IMG/VR virus record: IMGVR_UViG_3300017530_000090
Location: 1-56,818 of that record
DNA: 56,818 nucleotides
Strand: one strand, 5' to 3'
Source: a virus
Lineage: Duplodnaviria; Caudoviricetes
Of this stretch, positions 53,730 to 56,818 are shown piece by piece; positions within the stretch are counted from its first letter, which is position 1, and each line of letters opens with the position of its first letter. The notes beneath the pieces were generated by a model. It was given only the letters and a program-made list of their open reading frames with translations, ran no database searches and was not told where the DNA came from. Both the position numbers and the translations under genes were made by a program.

Positions 53730-56700
53730 CTATGTTCGCGGAATCCCGGCACCCAATGTTCCCAGTCGTGGCTTCGCTAGACCTGCCGTGGCGGCCGCAT
53801 CATCCAGCTTCTCCTCCACGTCGCGGAGCAGGCGCGCCTTCAACTCCTGGTAGTCCTTGAGCAGCGAGGTCGTGATGTTCACCTCCGCGCTCACACTCAG
53901 GCCACCCGCGCCCCGGAGCGTTTGGCCAACATCCTCGCGGCGGAACACATCCGCGCCGCGCGGCAGCCGGACAAGCTCAGCGCCGCGTTCGCCGACTAGC
54001 GCCAAGCCGCCCATGAAATTGCGAACTCCATGTGCGAAGCCACGTACACCGCCACGATACGGCGCGTTGTTGCCACCATCTTCTTTAAGCCAATTGATGA
54101 TATCATTCATACCAGGAATGATTCCACTAACGAAGTCAAGAACGAATCCCGGTACGATGGCGACTGCACTTCGGATCGCGTCCATGAGAAATTCACCAAG
54201 CCCGCTGAAGGCAGACGTGATACCATCCCGGATGCCTTGGGCGATGGCCGTGCCAATACCGGCGAGCAAAGGGGCCACCCGCTGAGTCACCAGATCGACG
54301 AAGGTTTCGATAAGAGTCTTGAAGACACCCCACCAGGCTTCGGGGTCAACCAAGAACCCGATGATGTCCTTCCAATGCTCACCAATCCACGCCGCAATCT
54401 TGCCCGAAAGCGCGATCATGACTGGGGCCGCGCGGAGGATGAATTCAGCGATCTTCCGTTCCAGGTAGAAGCTCCACTTAGCGACATCGACCAAGAAGTC
54501 GAGGACATCCTTCCAATGATCGCCGATGAACGCAGCGATTTGACCTGGAATTCCTGCCACGAACGCCGCGACCTTACCTTCGAATTCGAGCACCTTCATC
54601 TCGAAGGCCACGGCCCACTTAGCGACATCGACCAACCAACCCAAGATGATCTTGGCCGCTGGGCCAATCTTCGCAGCGATTAGACCCGGAAGATCGGCCA
54701 AGAACCCGCCTACAGCCTGTACGAAGCCACGCAGCTTTTCGCGGAACTTGTAGATAAGTACAGCGGGCCAGAACACAAGCAGGATGGCCGACATAAGGAT
54801 TCGACCGAACCATCGCCCCATGTTCTCCCCCGTGAATTGTCGCTTGGCCCAAGCTGGTAGCGTCTGTGTGAAGAACGTCTTCATACCATCAAGCAGTGGC
54901 TGCATCATCTCCGGGAGCTTTTGGGTGAAGAATTCCTTCAGGATACGGCCCAGCGTCTTGAGTCCTGCCCAGATTTCTTTGCGATACTTGTAGATCAGGA
55001 AGCCCGCGATAATGGGGGCAATGATTGCTTGCACAATCACAGCGACGATGGCAACCGCAGCTGCGACGGCAATCGTCTTAAGGTTTGCTGGTAGCGTCTG
55101 TGTGAAGAACGTCTTCATACCATCAAGCAGTGGCTGCATCATCTCCGGGAGCTTTTGGGTGAAGAATTCCTTCAGGATACGGCCCAGCGTCTTGAGTCCT
55201 GCCCAGATTTCTTTGCGGTACTTGTAGATCAGGAAGCCCGCGATAATGACGCCAATGATTGCTAAAACAAGCGCAGCGGCGATGATGAGGGCGGCCGCCG
55301 TAACACCCACCAGGGCGAGTTGGAGACCAGCTACGATAGCGCCGCCGATACCTAATGCGATGCCTTGCGGCAGCCCCTTAATCAGGCCGGCAATAATGCC
55401 CTTCTTGACAGCCTTTTTACCGGTCGCGGCCGCTTGCTCCGTGACCTGAATCGTCTTTACAGTGACAGTAATAACGCCACTGGCCGCCTTCGTAATAATG
55501 TCACCTAGGGCGCGCGCCACACGCCATGCCTTGTCTCCGGCCTGCAATGCGGAGTCTCGGATCGAAGTGAAGAAGTAAATGACTTTACCAACCGTTTCAA
55601 GCACCGCTCGCCGGAGGTTGATAACCGCTGCTTCGATGAAGCCCACGCCCTTACCACCAGCAATTCCGCTGGCCACACCTTGGAACAGGAACATTGCGGA
55701 GCGTGTCATCATGAAGGCGTCCCGCAGTTGCATGAATGCCGATACCGCGAGTACCACTGCTGCTGTGACACCAAGAATCTTAACCCGCCAATCACCCCAA
55801 TTCTGATCCATATACCCAACGAGAATGAAGAGAGCCTGGAACACCGCAAGCAACGGGTGAGCTTGAGCAAACATCAGCCCGAATGCTAGCGAAATAGCAA
55901 TGATAACGGCCTTGTTTTCGACAGCCCACGTACCGACACGCAGGAGAATAGCCAGAAGCTCCATGATACGTGGAATGCCATCACGTAGCACAATGAACAT
56001 ACCGGCAAACATGAGGGGCAGTTTACCGCCGCCCTCGCCCTTTAGCCTTTGAATAGCACCCGTGAAATCTTCCCAGGATTCGGTTAGACCTTCGATTCCT
56101 GCCATACGCTTAAGCCAAACAAAGAGGCCCGATTCGTCGGCAATAAATCTGCTTATAGCGTCAGCAGCGTATGACAAACTCTTCGAAAATGGCTGAAGTG
56201 CCGGTACGATTACACCAAGGATGGCCGACTTCATTAGCCCCAAACGAATAGTTAGTGACTTTTGTCGCTGCTCCCATGCCCGTTCCAGCGCACCGAGGTC
56301 TTCCTGCGCGCCGTTCATCTTAAGCAGAGTTGCCTCGTAGGTCTTAGCGTTGTCATTCAACAACGTGAATCCACCAACCAGCGCCCGCTGGCGGTCAAAC
56401 ATATCGGCCAGGAGTTCGACATCACCACCCGTCGCTTCATTGAGCTTCTTCATCGCACCCATCAAGCCATACGTCTCGATAGTTTGAGCACTAAGAGAAA
56501 AACCAACACTTTCCGCTGCGGCCACTGCGGACTCCGATGGATCAAGGAATTGCATCAAGATTCGCGTCAGGGAGGTCAGTGCGCGGGCGGCAGGCATTCC
56601 CTTAACTGTCATGGTTGCAATCGCTGCGCCAAGCTCCTCCAGCGGCACGCCTAACGCGGCAGCCGGGGCCATGGCAACACCGAGACCTTGTGCCAATTCT

Positions 56701-56816
56701 TCGAACTTGACAACACCAGTGTCGACCGTTTGGAAGAGAATGTTGGCCACATAGCGCGCCTTATCAGCTTCCATACCGAAAGCGAGCAGTGACCCAGTAA
56801 TGACGTTACTGGCGGT
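53730..56816 (-). CDS. tail tape measure protein, 5'-partial
   Basis: TP901-type core, W/F periodic repeats, FAHG...LVGERGAELV motif; frame stays open to the window edge. Confidence 0.93.
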   Translation of the reverse strand, partial: TASNVITGSLLAFGMEADKARYVANILFQTVDTGVVKFEELAQGLGVAMAPAAALGVPLEELGAAIATMTVKGMPAARALTSLTRILMQFLDPSESAVAAAESVGFSLSAQTIETYGLMGAMKKLNEATGGDVELLADMFDRQRALVGGFTLLNDNAKTYEATLLKMNGAQEDLGALERAWEQRQKSLTIRLGLMKSAILGVIVPALQPFSKSLSYAADAISRFIADESGLFVWLKRMAGIEGLTESWEDFTGAIQRLKGEGGGKLPLMFAGMFIVLRDGIPRIMELLAILLRVGTWAVENKAVIIAISLAFGLMFAQAHPLLAVFQALFILVGYMDQNWGDWRVKILGVTAAVVLAVSAFMQLRDAFMMTRSAMFLFQGVASGIAGGKGVGFIEAAVINLRRAVLETVGKVIYFFTSIRDSALQAGDKAWRVARALGDIITKAASGVITVTVKTIQVTEQAAATGKKAVKKGIIAGLIKGLPQGIALGIGGAIVAGLQLALVGVTAAALIIAAALVLAIIGVIIAGFLIYKYRKEIWAGLKTLGRILKEFFTQKLPEMMQPLLDGMKTFFTQTLPANLKTIAVAAAVAIVAVIVQAIIAPIIAGFLIYKYRKEIWAGLKTLGRILKEFFTQKLPEMMQPLLDGMKTFFTQTLPAWAKRQFTGENMGRWFGRILMSAILLVFWPAVLIYKFREKLRGFVQAVGGFLADLPGLIAAKIGPAAKIILGWLVDVAKWAVAFEMKVLEFEGKVAAFVAGIPGQIAAFIGDHWKDVLDFLVDVAKWSFYLERKIAEFILRAAPVMIALSGKIAAWIGEHWKDIIGFLVDPEAWWGVFKTLIETFVDLVTQRVAPLLAGIGTAIAQGIRDGITSAFSGLGEFLMDAIRSAVAIVPGFVLDFVSGIIPGMNDIINWLKEDGGNNAPYRGGVRGFAHGVRNFMGGLALVGERGAELVRLPRGADVFRREDVGQTLRGAGGLSVSAEVNITTSLLKDYQELKARLLRDVEEKLDDAAATAGLAKPRLGTLGAGIPRT
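54853..55248. repeat. 162-bp direct repeat inside the tape measure gene (period 234 bp)
   Basis: 54853-55014 and 55087-55248 differ at one position. Confidence 0.92.
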
Positions 56817-56818
56817 TG

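Noticed and set aside
1-56818. tRNA or rRNA genes
   Set aside because: No cloverleaf with a T-loop/acceptor pattern was recognised in the intergenic gaps by eye; a tRNAscan-SE run would confirm

Overview
This window is about 57 kb of a high-GC tailed dsDNA phage genome (siphovirus-like; no capsid, terminase or integrase in view). From the left: (1) 1-1.5 kb holds small leftward genes. (2) 1.55-2.55 kb is a non-coding control region with three tandem-repeat arrays, bracketed by two divergent sigma28-like promoters. (3) 2.6-11.3 kb is a rightward, deletion-scarred accessory/early region with small genes, long hairpins, a truncated RtcB and a Fic protein. (4) 11.3-45.8 kb is a long leftward block for replication, recombination and nucleotide metabolism: RNase HII, KTSC protein, three DNA methyltransferases, GH25 endolysin, GP88-like protein, NDT, HD hydrolase, UDG-fused DNA polymerase A, an intein-containing phosphoesterase, RuvC, split SbcC/SbcD, RecA, gp32-like SSB, UvsY-like protein, dNMP kinase, primase-helicase, SF2 helicase, and a candidate iteron origin. 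(5) 45.8-56.8 kb is the tail module, with the tape measure cut off by the window edge. The most striking property is a load of about 21 homing-endonuclease genes or remnants. Many carry their own (often leaderless) promoters, several have lost the nuclease core by deletion, one is fused to a GP88-like protein, and one intact HNH gene is fully overprinted inside a methyltransferase whose own frame stays open, with no intron or intein visible. All calls come from reading motifs by eye; no database searches were run.
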